NCBI GenBank assembly: GCA_001600815.1
Contig: BCKZ01000017.1
Coordinates: forward strand, 535,970-599,969
DNA from: Alloascoidea hylecoeti
Taxonomy: Eukaryota
Reading direction: 5' to 3'
Length of the DNA: 64,000 bases
Below the pieces are notes generated by a model. That model was not told the origin of the DNA. It saw only the letters and a program-made list of their open reading frames with translations, and did no database searches. Each line of letters starts with the position of its first letter. Positions within the stretch are counted from its first letter, which is position 1. Both the position numbers and the translations under genes were made by a program. Positions 1 to 13,543 of this stretch are shown here, piece after piece.

Positions 1-3000
1 TGTTCATGTGCATATTCTAGATCCATAAGTTATGCTAGGAGTTTCGATATTTCTAAGGTTTTGCAACCTATTACCATAAACTGTGGATTCTGCAACCATT
101 TGTGGATTATTGCAGTTTTATAATTAGAGATTATATGATATTTAATACTATTTATAGCCAGAAAATATTTATATAATTGAAATGTTTCACTACATCTACA
201 GTGATTCTACACCAATTTAAATTTTTATATGGTGACCTTTTACTGTCCTGTGATAGTAGTTACAGTGGGTAAGAGTTTTTGACATCAGTCTGGTCCTCTG
301 GAGGTCTTTTCAGACTCTGGGTATTCCCAAAGCTACCTAGAGAGTGCAAAAATGGGAAGCAAATAAGTAAGGTTTTCAATGATCCAGCCCCACTTAATCA
401 ATTGAGTTTTCAGCACCCTTATACACTGTTTTAAACTATAATACATATTTGTATATGTTCCTGGTTAAATACTTGAATAATTATGTATAATCATAAATAA
501 ATAACATTAAGGTGCATTATTATTCGAGCTCAAGCGAGTTCTTGAGATGATGCTTTAAGCTTGCAATTGACTTTTATTACCATTTTTGTAGCTATATACG
601 GGGTTCTCCATCTTAAACAAGAAGTAAATTTTCTCATTTAAACTAAATTGTAGTTAACTTGAATCTATTCTAGAACTTTAATATGTGAATTCTTATTTGA
701 TAATCAAGGGTTTATTAAAATTTCAAAAGGTGAGGACGTTTCATTATATCAATGGAACATTACGTTCCATCACTTATAAATTAACTTATGTAAAAGCTTA
801 TATAGAGGATAATATTTATATGTAATGTAAGCCATATACATTCTTTCGCTGTGATGGGCTTTGTTCAGGCGAAATATATTTGTTATTTAATGTTTTTGAA
901 TACAAATTTTCATTTCCCTTGCAATTGTAGATTGATCTATCACCCCTTTTTGTGGGTGTGCTTGTGCTGAGTGCAGAACGTTCCGAGCCTCCAATGGACC
1001 TGAGTCCTGACCGAACAGCTCGACACTATAATCTATTTTAATTATGTGTGTTGTGGAAATAAACCGTTTTGATACAAGGAATCCTTTCTTCGTGCGTCTT
1101 AGCGGGTGAAAGCCAATTACTATTTAAACTTCATTGTAACCTTCAAAAGCATGGATTAAATGTAGATATTCCAGCGTGTTCCCTACTTGTTTTGAGTCAT
1201 TAAAGTATCTACGGTGAAGTTCGGTCACGCTCATAGGCGTACTCCTTTCAAAAAGCATAATGGTTGACGGACAACTCTTGCAGTTTTCCTCTTCGCATAT
1301 TTCATCAAGTTCGTCAATTATATATGGGTAATATCCGAGATTCAAATGTGAATTTTGAAGAATAAGATTGAAAGAAGTTCAACATGGGAAAATTCTGGGC
1401 TCTATTCCATTAGCAATTCTTTATCTACCATAAGTTCATTGTTTGCCACAACTCTCTTTGTTACTTTACGGGTAGCGTGACCTACTTTTTACATTTGAGG
1501 ATATATTATGAAGGAGATATCAGGACGGTAATAATTATATGGTCATGGTTCAAATCCTAGTAATCCTAGTATGCATTCTTTATGCATCTCTTGGAGAGGT
1601 TGTGGAACAACATTTAAAATGTTGTATGCTATATAAGATAATGATTGTGGATGCATATGACAATTCAAATGTTGTATATAGTATAATGACGTAAATTTAA
1701 GCTATCTAATACTCTCAACAGACCCCAGGGTCGAATTTTGGTTTTATATACGCGTGCGTATATCTTCATGGTAAAATGGTAAAATAAAAGAAGAGCGTTG
1801 CAGTTATACAGTAAGAATGTTTTATAATATATAATCCTTAAGCTTATTAATCATATAATGATCACGACACATATATTTATAAACTAGATCTTTAGAGTTA
1901 GTGTTAATATATATATGCTTGTAAGTGAATATTTGATTGGGGGGCTTCAATTGCAATTAAAATTTTGGATGATACTGTTGAGAAATGTTTGGTGAAGTTT
2001 TATATGAAGACCTTTCATTCTGTCTTTTATTCACAATATTCAATCTATACTTCCTTGACTTAATTGTTTCCTATTGACACAAAATGATCTAGTTTAAGTG
2101 TTTATTCTGTTCTTTCTATTGACAAGTAACAGTTTACAATGGAAGAATTGTATCAAATCTACAAGTATCTACTGGTAAAACACTCGATTCGATTAAAATT
2201 TAGAAACATGCTGCTGTTAATTTCAAAAGAGAAAAAACACTCAGTGCTGAAGAATCTATCAAGAACCTGACATTTCACGCTACCTGTTTTGAATCACTGA
2301 CGATGGCGTTTCACAGGCTCAACAGAAAGATCATCTACACACCAGCATTAAGTCCCTAACCGAAAAAGAGAACTTTATACAGGTGATGATCTATACAAGG
2401 CTTATTACAAGGAGTGAAAGGTTAGCTTCTTCTACTATCGTCTTAGGGGTTCGGGAAGACTGGGATTTAGCCGTCTGATAGGAGCATGGTGGTGAAGCCT
2501 GCGTATATGGATACGACTGCCAGAAGACAACTTGCTTGAACTCAAAAAAGAATACAAAAAGAACCCTCCAATGCTGAAGAATCAATAGACTAGTATCGAA
2601 AACGAGATGGTTTGGCGCGAATGGTTCAACCCCCGAAATATGCGCAGAGACCTATTCTAAATTTAGAGTTCACAATGAATGATCAACTAACTGTTCAATT
2701 ACCATCCTTAAACACCCAGATATCGTTAAAAATAAAATATAAGAATTAAGTAAGGATAGGAAAAGCAAGGTAAAAATGCTTCATGTAAATTTAGCAGATT
2801 AATGATGACAATGGAAAGAGGAAAGCTCACTGCATTTGAGTCATGACCAAAAACAGGGTAAAAAAGAGAAAGAAACTTTTCAAGTTTTGAATTGGAAACA
2901 AAAGAATTAATAAACATATGTTATAAGAATGTATCAGGATGAATAGTTTATCTATGCATATCTAATGAGTTCATTTTTTTTTTTGATGATGTTTGTGCTT

Positions 3001-6000
3001 ATTTTAGTAATCACTTTCTTTTTACCTTATCGTGAACAAGAACAATTCTATAATCTTTGTAACGTACGAATCAGCTGCAATATTTAATACCAATTGCAAA
3101 TGTGAACAGAACTTAGCCTTGACAATTTACCAACAGGAATACATGTATAAAATTGAACGTATACAGATAATACGGATATGCTTCTGTAAGTATGCAGAAT
3201 ATGTATAGAAATATATTTTTGAAATCTATTTAAAATGTTTTTATTGTTTGTCAAAATAAAGGTACAGTTTTTTCAATGAAAATATTCGTTCGGCCGCCTT
3301 TTTGATTGATAATTAAATTTACTCGAGAGGTAATCGAAATTGAGTGAATAATGAATTAATGTGGATTTTTTTGATTAATCAATTGTTAATAAATTTGGAG
3401 GTAGGTAGTTTAGAAGGTGAATAAATTTGAGGATATATTGCATGCTTAAGTTAAGAGTCGTGGAGCACTATCAGTTACATTAAGCTTAACAGCTCAAGAC
3501 ACAGATTCGATTAATATTGGTATTACAAGCATCCAGCTATAAGTATACATATCGCGTTAGTGATATAGTTATTTTCAGGAACTGATCATATCAACAAGTG
3601 TATTTCTCTAGCTTTAAATTTAAAGATGTTAGAATCTGGAGTGACATAAATTATACATATACACAACTACTATACAAATACGTACACTAAACCTTATATC
3701 ATCATCTGAATAGAGTGTGCTCCGTGTTGATAAACTTACTTAGTTATCTAAACGTCTAATAGAACAATTTAATTGATTTAAATATTCGTTGTATGCGTTA
3801 AGACATCATTAGAAAAATAATTAAGTTCTAATTTTGGAAACACTACACGTGCAATGTGGTAGGCATTTTCATTATATATGAAAAACACTGTGTATTACTA
3901 TTTAAGTAATAATATCGCTGAAGTAATAATTCAATCACAAACCTCATAAATGCATGAAGAATTGCCATATTAATTCATACGTATGTCAGTTCTAATATCG
4001 ATATCAATTAAACCTGAGTTGGGATATGATAAAGTAACATGCATTGTCATTTTATAAATAGCTAGTTGTATCGTTAGTATGTGGGTATCTATATCCGAGT
4101 GGATACTCTTATCCCTATAATTAGGTAAATATTAATGAAGCTATATCTAAATCTCTCTATAGCTAATGCAACTAATTAGGCGGTTTTGATAAAAATCAAG
4201 CTCTTTCAGGCGTAACTATTAAAATTAAAGCTTAATGAATTGGTTTGGGTCAGGTAAGTTGAAAGATTAAGTTTTTTCTCCACTATTCTATATAATTTAT
4301 AGTTTTCGTATATTGCATAATCCATCAAAAATAATGATTTTTTTTAGAGAGATGTTAATTTATCCTAGATTCATAAAAAGGTCTAAAAATATACATATTA
4401 ATTTTTTATGTATCATATACATAAATGAGAATTCTTTTTTTGACTTATGGCAAATTGGCAATACAACCAAAGAATATTCATGACTTGTGAAATCATATTG
4501 CAATTGTCTCAAATTAATTAATATTTTCATTTTTCATACTGCATAATTACATATCATGCAGGAACAGAGTTCAGAAAAGTATGTTTTAATCAGAAACAGA
4601 ATAATCATTTTCAATTTTCAATTTTATTTATTTTTATAAACTACTTGTACAAGATGATAAAATATCAATTAAATTTTGAAGGTGTGAAAATATCTCATTT
4701 TTTCCTTCTTATCATATGAAATTCTAATGCCTTGTCAAATAAGTAATTATTTAAACTTTATTAATTAAGCTTATTATGTATTCATCAAACTATAGCTAAA
4801 TAATCAAACCAAATATTAATCAAACTAAATCTTCATCAATTGCATGCTAAATATCCATCACACTAAAAATACTATACCGTAACTATTGTAAGTAATCTAT
4901 ACTAAGCGCTACGCTACTGGTACTAATATAATATAACTCCTAAAAGAAAAGTCAGTAGAGTTATTTCATTATAGATGAGCCCCCTGTTCCGAACTAATTA
5001 AGTTCTTATCTTTCTAACCAACCTGTATAATCAAAAAATCAAAGTTTAACTAGAATTAAAATCAGATTGATAAAGTATATCAAGAATTAAGTTATGTTTT
5101 CGTTTCTCGATCTTTATCCATACATTAATGAATCCTTATTTATTAATTAGCACTTATAAACTAATAAACTAAAAAATCTCGCGTATATCAACAAATCAAA
5201 ATTTATCGCTAAAAATTAAGAAAAATGTCGTTTATAACCTTGACCATTACATTACTTTTAATATACGCAATAAATTTCATCTCCGGAATTTTTATTTTTC
5301 CTTCTATCATCATCTTCAACATAAATACTATTTTCAGTTATTAAATAATTGAAGGATTAAAAAAGTCATTAGATTATTGAAACAGAAATCATGAGATCAA
5401 ATTAATCTTTTAAGTGCCGTTTTTTTTTTTATCAGTAATCTAACATTCTTTTCTAACTTACGAGAACCACTACACATTAGATCTTATATCACATGCAGCA
5501 AGAATACATAATTCACGATGAAATAACAACATTAATAATTATAATTTATAAATATTGATGTTATTATCAAACATCTAGTCATGGTGCCACATAGGCAATG
5601 TTGTATTAATTAATAGATCTAGAGAGTCGAGACAGTACTGTCTGTGATTATGAATATAAACCATGGAACTTGGAATTTATGTATATATCATGATTATATA
5701 AGTTGATACAACTATCAATCAATTTATCAAGCGCCGTTCATAAAATAGCAGTTTTTAAGAGGTTTTGGATTGTGGTTTTAACTGCGAATGAAGTTCAATG
5801 AAATATTGGAGCTTCATTTCTTATAGCTTCATATGCATTAGATAAATAAATTAAAAGAAGATAATATTTAATTATAATATTAAAGTTTAAGGCTTTACTT
5901 CGCTAAGTGGTTTCGGCTCGGTGTTTTAGTTGATGCCGTACGCATTTAATGGAGTGTTCCACTATAATGGAATTGATAACTGTTAATTATAAATATGTAT

Positions 6001-6493
6001 TTCAAGTGATTATTTTAATATATTAAAAGACAAATGTGTAGCTGGATAAAGACATACCTTGATGGTCGGGTAGAGTTACAAGTTAGTATAAAAAAAAGAG
6101 ATGATTTAGTTGTTTGGATACGGTGATCGTTGATTATTGATCTAAATCATCGTTATCACATTTAAAAAGTCGTTCCTTAGCACGATTAGAAAAATACATG
6201 TCGTACCTTTATTCCGTGATCCGTAATACGTAATATCAATGGGTTAGTTGCCTAGGTAAAATTATTTACCCGACTTTGATGATATATTCAAGACTAACCC
6301 TAATAACAAACTAAGCTTACAATTGTAATCGGGATCTCATCTCATGAAGTATGTATACTAACATCCAATGTTTTTGCGTTATTGACGGAACACTGATTGA
6401 TACCCTAGATGTGAGTCTTAAGAAATCTTAAGAACGGACGAGTGTCGCTAACACTGTCCAGTGATCATACATGGGAACAAACTATAATCCATT

Positions 6494-6616
6494 GAATATT
6501 GCACAGGACCGATATAAACCCTTGCAATTGGACGTTATAAATCTTACTATAATGGTTCGAACGAATATTGCACGGGACCGATATAAACCCTTGCAATCGG
6601 ACATTATAAATCTTAC
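6494..6616. repeat. Near-tandem direct repeat, 2 x 54 bp (6494-6547 and 6563-6616), 3 mismatches
   Basis: gaatattgcac[a/g]ggaccgatataaacccttgcaat[t/c]ggac[g/a]ttataaatcttac occurs twice with a 69-bp period. Confidence 0.95.
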
Positions 6617-8636
6617 GGTCGATCTAACTCCGATCTGTTATTGGTTATTTTGTGGTTAGTTTTTCTTCAATTAATAACTAGTTAATAAATTCTTTTTTGT
6701 TTTGATTTTGATATCCCCGATCCTTTAAAATTTACATGAGTTTATAAAACAATTTTTTAGTTGCAGAAGTTCGAAATTGAATTTCTGTATGATATTGTAA
6801 ACAATTGCAAAGAATTGTAAAGAATTGTAAAGAATTGACGTGTTTTAATATCGCTCAAAATTTACATATATATAGTATACCTACTCAAACTTCTATTCTT
6901 TTGAAATTGATTTTCCACCAATAGCTATTAAATTTAGTGTTGTGTACTTTAGATATAGCGCTAGTTATATAATTATATCTAGCTACAAGTTAGCTATAGC
7001 TAAGCTCAATAAATTATGCAATTGATCTTCAGTATTAATGAAATATAAATAAAAGATGTTTCCAATTGCAACATTCTTCCCCGACTTTTCAATTCCAAAT
7101 ACAGGTTGTGAAATATTGAAAAGTTCGGTAATACTAAACTGTTGTACTGCTGTTTGACGTTAAGACGTGTTCAGAATTATATTAGAAATTTGAATTTGAT
7201 ATATTGTAAATATACGGGAATTGCAATTGCACATTAAAATTTACGAAAAGTAGCGCGTTATACTAATGGATACTATAATTAGCTCCTTATAATTAGGATA
7301 AGCTTAAAGTATCTGCGTAAGAAAACCAGAAGTAGGACATTAATTTAGTTATAACTAGTTTCATATATATAACAGGGCTCAAGAAGTTAATCGAAAACTT
7401 AATTTAGCTCATCATGGGCTTAAATCGAAGATTATAATTAAAAGTCCGTATATCGAGACTAATGAGATCTCTTTAGCTTAAATCGGATCAAGGTTTCATC
7501 TCGATTATAATGGATACATGAATTAAACACGCTCTATTACTCATTCAACCTAATTATAAATTATTCCTTCTTTTTATATATTATTCATTTTCCATCCATT
7601 GATCCTCTTGGTCAGTTGATATTTTTCAAGCTAACTAGCTAATGGATATATTGTATGCGTGCAGCTTAAGTAATAATTATAAATAAATGCCAAAATTATA
7701 CAAAAGTGTTGGAAAACTACGTACCTGATTTGTTTACACAATTCATCGATCTACCGCTTATATAATTACAACCTTGTAATCATAAAAGGCATTAATTTCT
7801 GCCCACTTTGAAGGAGGTTCGTAGTTAATTATAGAAATCATATTTTTTTACCCCGGAGACTAAAATTGTTTAAACTAAACGCAAACTAAACGTAAACTCC
7901 TACAACAACAAAATAATTAATTATATAGAATATTATATGATTGGGAAAGGCTAATTCCCGACCATCCGAAAAGAACTAAACATAATATTGCAGCGTTACT
8001 AGCACAATATGGTACATAGGATAAAAACTGTTAAATAACACCAACATACGATAAGCAATAGCCTTAAATTGTTTGAGATGTGAAGGATGAAATTTAAGCT
8101 ATGGAAATTTATAATTTAATAAGAGGAAGGATAATAAGGAAATAATCCGGCATTAATTTGCTGTTGATGGATTTTATAACCTTCTTGTGGAATGCATATA
8201 TTATTATGCAATGCAAGAAGATGAGGAAGTGTGGATATGCAGCGGTGCATATATCTAACAGACAGCATGATTGATCTGTATACGGTTTAGGCTGTGGCAG
8301 GACAGGAAAGGCAATGGTTTCTCCTCAACACAGCTGGTGCAGAATAATAACATGAATATAAACAATGAAACAAATAAACGAAAACAGAGCATAAGCCGTA
8401 TTATAATTTATAATTATTTGTGATTTTTTATTAAATTTTATTAAATTATATTAGTTTTTATATTAATATGGAGGAAGGAGCATGTTTTGCACCTGCACTA
8501 AACCATAAAAAGTTGGAATGTAAAAACTGTGCGCAGCTGACGAACTCAAAAAATTAAGTATATATCTGCTCTCCAAGCCGCTCCAACACCTTTTCCCTTT
8601 TTTCTCTCTTTCTCGGTATATATATTTTGAGATGAG

Positions 8637-11480
8637 ATGGACTCTAAAATGTCTGGCACTCTTTTTCAGCCAGCTCAACCTGCTGGTGTACGGAGTTTCT
8701 CTCATGGCCCACATGTTCATTCTTTACAAAAAACAAAAACTAGAAGTATGCCTTCTTTAAATATCGCCCGAACAAAAGGTAATGTCTGTGTTTCTGTTAG
8801 AGTTCGCCCCGAAAATCCTTCAAAACCAGATAAAAAATCAAAAACTCCATGGCAAATAAATCGACAAGATAAATCTGTTTCTTCAAGAGATGCTGGGACT
8901 TTCCAGTTTGATAATGTTTTTGATGGATCAACCCAAAACTACCCTGTATACGCCAAAGTTGCAGCTCCGTTGGTACAAGGGTGTTTAGATGGTTTTAACG
9001 CAACCATTTTTGCTTATGGCATGACAGGTTCAGGTAAGACACATTCAATGTATGGGTCTCAAGATGATCCAGGTGTTATACCAATAGCTATACGGGATTT
9101 ATTTGATTCTATTTCAAAAAATACTGCAAAACGGAAATATATGGTTACTTTTTCTTATTTAGAATTATACAATGAACGTATAAATGATTTATTATCAACA
9201 AATAATAATCCTCATAATAATGAAGATTTGAAACTACGAGATGATCCAAAAACTGGTCAAATTAAAGCAATCGGTTTAACTGAATATAAAGTTAATAGTT
9301 CAAATGAAGTTATGGAATTAATATCAAGAGGTAATCAAAAAAGAAAAACAAGTGAAACTGATTTTAATTCTCGTAGTTCAAGAAGTCATGCAGTTGTTCA
9401 AATTCATATTACATCAAAACCAATTGAAAGACCAAGTTTATCAAATCCTGTTATATTGGAGCAATATAGTACTTTAAATATGTGTGATTTAGCTGGAAGT
9501 GAAAAAGCTGTTGCACAATCTGAAAGAAGAAAAGAAGGTAGTTATATTAACAAGAGTTTATTAACTCTTGGAACTGTTATTGCAAAATTAAGTGCTTTAT
9601 CAAATCCATCACCAACATCTGGTATTCATCATTATCCTCCTGAAAATTCTCCATATCGATATTCTTCATTTGCTTCATCAACGTCATCATTATCAACTGT
9701 TACTCCTCATATACCTTATAGAGATTCAAAATTAACTCGATTATTACAACCTGCTTTATCTGGTGGTTCATTAATTAGTATATTATGTACAATGCATATA
9801 TCAAGATCAGCAGTTTCTGAATCTTTAAATACTTTAAGATTTGCGGCAAGAGCAAAAAATATAACAGTAAATGTTAAAAAAAATGAAACAAAAATTTCAA
9901 CATCACCAGAAGATGCAAAATTGATTGAAAATTTATTACAAAAAATCGAAATTCAAAAACATGAAATTGAATTAATGAAAAGAAATATTCCATCATCAAC
10001 ATCACGTATAACTACAAGAACAAGAACAAGTAGTTCAACAACAATTCCATCAATTTCATCATCTAGAAAAACAAGTTCAACTTCTTCTGAATCATCGTTA
10101 ATGAGTGATGGAATAATACAATCAATGCTTAATAATCAACAACAACAGGAAAAACCAATAATTAATCAAGATGGGAATTTAGTTAAACAAATTTCTCAAT
10201 TACAATCACAAAATAAAATTATTAAAGTTCAATTAGATCAACAAATTAGATTAAATAGAGTTTCTGATTCAAATAAAGCAAATAATGAAAATGAAACTGT
10301 TTTACAATTAGAAATGTTAAAATCTCGTTTACAATTACAATTAAAAAAAGAACAAGAACAAGAACAACAAAAAGAAAATGGAAATGGTGGATCACAATTT
10401 GATTTTAAATATGCTTTTTCAACTGTTATTGATGCTTTAAAATGTATTAAAATACAGCATAATGAAATTAGAGAATATAAAAATTTTAATTCCCATTTAC
10501 AAACTCAATTAGAAGAATTAACAAAAATTGGTTTTAATTCATCATCAACATTTGATAATAATATGAATCAACAAGGTTTATCATCAATTAGAACTACATT
10601 TTTAACAGCCCCTCCTCCTCTATCTTCTCAAGCATGTCCTAGTTCAATGGGTTCTTCACCATCTACTCCTTCATCAATGGTATGGTCTTATCCTTCATCA
10701 AGATCAAATGGAAGTTCAGGTGGTTCACCAATTCCAATTACTGATGTTTTAAATTTAAATCAATCGTCATTAATTTCACCAGTTTCTATTGGTAATGAAA
10801 ATCCAAGACCTTTACAATTTGTATCACCAACGAGTTCAGAAAATACAACAACTATTAATTCAATTCTTTCAACTGGAAGTAATAGTACAGTAAGAGATAT
10901 TAATTATTCAAATAATTCGCCATTACCAAGTTCAACTAATTCAAATGTTAATAATATTGAAGGAACTTTTAAACAAATTTTAAAAGAAAGAGAAGAAGAA
11001 ATTATAGAATTAAAAGAAAATAATGATGATAAAGATCGTATGATAAGAGCATTAAAATCAATTAATAAAGTAAGAGATAATTTATCAAATTTTGCAAAAA
11101 AATCAGAATCATTATTCCCACAAATTGCAGCAAATGATAAATTAGATAAAATTCAAAGAACAAATAGTATATTATCACCATCATCAAGATTATCAACAAC
11201 TGCACCATTATCATTAGCATCAAGACCAAAAAATGTTTCATTTAATATTAATTCAAATTCACCAAAAAGAATTCAAAATATTAATTTAAATTATGAAGAA
11301 TCACCAAGTGCAAAATTAAAATATATAATGGATCAAGAAAATAATATAAATTCTAATGCTGGTTATTCAACATCTTATGAACAATTAAATAATAAATTAA
11401 ATGATATTTTACAACATTCTTCTTCTTCTTTACCTAATTCTCCAGTATCTATTAATATTACTCAAATAAGGGGTCCTTAA
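8637..11480 (+). CDS. KIP2: Kinesin motor protein, Kip2/Tea2-like
   Basis: 947-aa ORF with VSVRVRP, P-loop GMTGSGKT, NSRSSRSH, DLAGSE and HIPYRDSKLTRLLQPALSG, then a coiled-coil/Ser-rich tail. Confidence 0.88.
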   Translation: MDSKMSGTLFQPAQPAGVRSFSHGPHVHSLQKTKTRSMPSLNIARTKGNVCVSVRVRPENPSKPDKKSKTPWQINRQDKSVSSRDAGTFQFDNVFDGSTQNYPVYAKVAAPLVQGCLDGFNATIFAYGMTGSGKTHSMYGSQDDPGVIPIAIRDLFDSISKNTAKRKYMVTFSYLELYNERINDLLSTNNNPHNNEDLKLRDDPKTGQIKAIGLTEYKVNSSNEVMELISRGNQKRKTSETDFNSRSSRSHAVVQIHITSKPIERPSLSNPVILEQYSTLNMCDLAGSEKAVAQSERRKEGSYINKSLLTLGTVIAKLSALSNPSPTSGIHHYPPENSPYRYSSFASSTSSLSTVTPHIPYRDSKLTRLLQPALSGGSLISILCTMHISRSAVSESLNTLRFAARAKNITVNVKKNETKISTSPEDAKLIENLLQKIEIQKHEIELMKRNIPSSTSRITTRTRTSSSTTIPSISSSRKTSSTSSESSLMSDGIIQSMLNNQQQQEKPIINQDGNLVKQISQLQSQNKIIKVQLDQQIRLNRVSDSNKANNENETVLQLEMLKSRLQLQLKKEQEQEQQKENGNGGSQFDFKYAFSTVIDALKCIKIQHNEIREYKNFNSHLQTQLEELTKIGFNSSSTFDNNMNQQGLSSIRTTFLTAPPPLSSQACPSSMGSSPSTPSSMVWSYPSSRSNGSSGGSPIPITDVLNLNQSSLISPVSIGNENPRPLQFVSPTSSENTTTINSILSTGSNSTVRDINYSNNSPLPSSTNSNVNNIEGTFKQILKEREEEIIELKENNDDKDRMIRALKSINKVRDNLSNFAKKSESLFPQIAANDKLDKIQRTNSILSPSSRLSTTAPLSLASRPKNVSFNINSNSPKRIQNINLNYEESPSAKLKYIMDQENNINSNAGYSTSYEQLNNKLNDILQHSSSSLPNSPVSINITQIRGP

Positions 11481-12378
11481 TTATAAGTGATTCATTAAAT
11501 CAACAAAAACAAAAACAAAAACATTATACATTTTTTTTTATTTTTTTTTAGAAAACTTAATTTACTTTCATTCATTCATAATTCATTCATTTTTATGGGT
11601 ATAATATATTATACAAAATTTCAATTGCAAAAACAAAAACAAATTCTTTTTTCTATTTTATCTTTGATGATTATTTCTTTTTTTTTTTTTATGATTTTTT
11701 ATATAATCATTTTATCATTCATTATTCATTTGATTTTGTTTTATCATTTAAATTTGCAATTGAACAATATTTTTCATATTTTTTATTTTTTATTTTTTAT
11801 TTTTTATTTTTTATTTTTTTCTTTGTAATTATTACGAAAACTCAGTTATTATATTATATTTAGGTGGTAAGAAAGCTATAGATTAGCTAAGGTGATTTTA
11901 TTGCACTATACTTTTCAAAAAAAAAAAAAAAAAAAAAACATGTATGTGCAATGACGGTATATGGTTATTTATCATTTTTTAATATGCATATTAAATTAAA
12001 TTGACTATAGCTATTGTTATAAAGCTGGATAGATATAGCTTTATAAAAACAAAAAGCATGATTGTTTCATGGAATATGTACTATAATTATATAATAATGT
12101 CTTTTTTTATATTTCATATATAATATATATTAATACTTGGTTATATTAATACTTGTGGTAGGTGGTGGTGGTGGTGGATCATTTGGGACTTAAGTATTTA
12201 TGTATTTATAAAATCTTCAATATATTTTATATTATTATTCATAATTAGCTATAGTTTTAATTATAAGCCAATGATGTAAAAAAATGAAATTGGAATCAAT
12301 TATATAATGTGAATATGATGAAAATTTTCATAAAAAACCCTTGGTAGTAAATGTAAATAGTAATATACAATAAGTAAT

Positions 12379-13239
12379 TTAACTGTAAGTTTCAATTAAA
12401 GTATCTCTCAAATTTGTTGATATTGCTTCTGGTTGAGCATCTTGTAATCTAAAGATTGATTCAACAACACTTAATTCAGGAGCAGTTGTATCTGAACCAG
12501 TAACAGCAAGCCAATCATTGACAACCATACCAGCACCAACAACAGCAGAACCTCTATTGATAGTACCTGCAACGATTGGAACTTGCAATAATGATGATAA
12601 TTCTTCTTGATCAAGTACTGGAGTTTGAGGATGAACTAAACCACCTTGATTTGATAATGAGCAATAACTTCCAACTAAAACATTTCCTGCAATTGTTTGT
12701 CTGAAAACTTCAACGCCCAAAACATCAGCAATTAATTCTTCAGTTTCACGTTCAATATCTGGATGAACTAAAGCAACATAATCATTACAACATATAACAT
12801 TGCCTAAAGCAGATAATCGTTCTTCAACTCTTTGTATTTTAATTGCATCTGGAAGACTATTTCTTAAATGTTGTAATTCTTGATCTGTTGTTTGGGTTGG
12901 AACAAGTAATCCTCTTCTATTACCAGCACTTAATCGTCCTATTATTCTATTTCCTCCAATTGTGGCATGTGCAATTGGAATAACTTCTCCTAATTCTGCT
13001 TCAAAAGCACTATAGAAATTCTCTGAACCACCAACTGCAACCAAACAATATGAATTGGTTAATTTAGCAAAGACACCAACCCTATTAGAATAACTGTTAA
13101 TACCCTTTCATGAGACATAGTCAAATACTTCGAAAACCTACTCATTAGAATTTTCAAACTAATAAAAAAAATTAGTTAGTAAAGATCCAAAGATCATAAG
13201 ATCTCAAAATCAAATACATACCTGTGTTCTAGAAGCCAT
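12379..13239 (-). CDS. TIF6: Translation initiation factor eIF6; exons 13239-13222, 13158-13142, 13081-12379
   Basis: Splicing two GT-AG introns (63 and 60 nt; branch points TACTAAC, TATTAAC) gives [36 protein letters not shown]...RDTLIETYS. Confidence 0.96.
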
Positions 13240-13505
13240 AATTATAGATATTTAAAATCGTTTACTTCTTTTTATTTTGTTGTTTTTATCAAATGAATAA
13301 AATATACTAAAAAAAAGATATTTCTAGGAATTTATATAAAAAATGTAATCAAAATATTATCAAATCACAAAAAGAAAATTTTTATGACATTGATTAGTAA
13401 CTAAACATTATATCGATTATGTAACTTGATCATGTGCTGATATTTACGCTTGCATCCAAGAGTTTACTCATAAAACATCATTTTGTACTACTCGAATAAG
13501 AGAAA

Positions 13506-13523
13506 GTAAACATAAAGTAAACA
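13506..13523 (+). promoter_or_regulatory. Two forkhead-type GTAAACA motifs upstream of DAM1
   Basis: GTAAACA at 13506-13512 and 13517-13523; function inferred only. Confidence 0.35.
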
Positions 13524-13543
13524 ATTGATAATTTATATTTATT

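Noticed and set aside
967..1070. Short matches (ctgagtgcag; tgtggaa.taaa.ccgtt) to about 40031-40062 and, inverted, to about 53878-53890
   Set aside because: Matches of 10-14 bp are expected by chance in 64 kb of AT-rich DNA, and I could not extend them.
1124..1345. 73-aa minus-strand ORF
   Set aside because: TTG start, no recognisable domain; at most decayed coding debris.
1512..1568. tRNA-like B box GGTTCAAATCC at 1547-1557
   Set aside because: The T-stem does not pair and no cloverleaf can be built; no tRNA gene called.
2150..2650. Coding-like GC-richer patch, considered as a Crypton/GCR1_C relic
   Set aside because: Stops in all frames and the motif similarity is too weak.
6471..6659. 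62-aa ORF with an internal peptide repeat
   Set aside because: Explained by the 69-bp-period DNA duplication; no other coding evidence. Two copies only, so not a CRISPR array.
11595..11828. Hydrophobic 77-aa ORF
   Set aside because: Product of T-rich low-complexity sequence downstream of KIP2.
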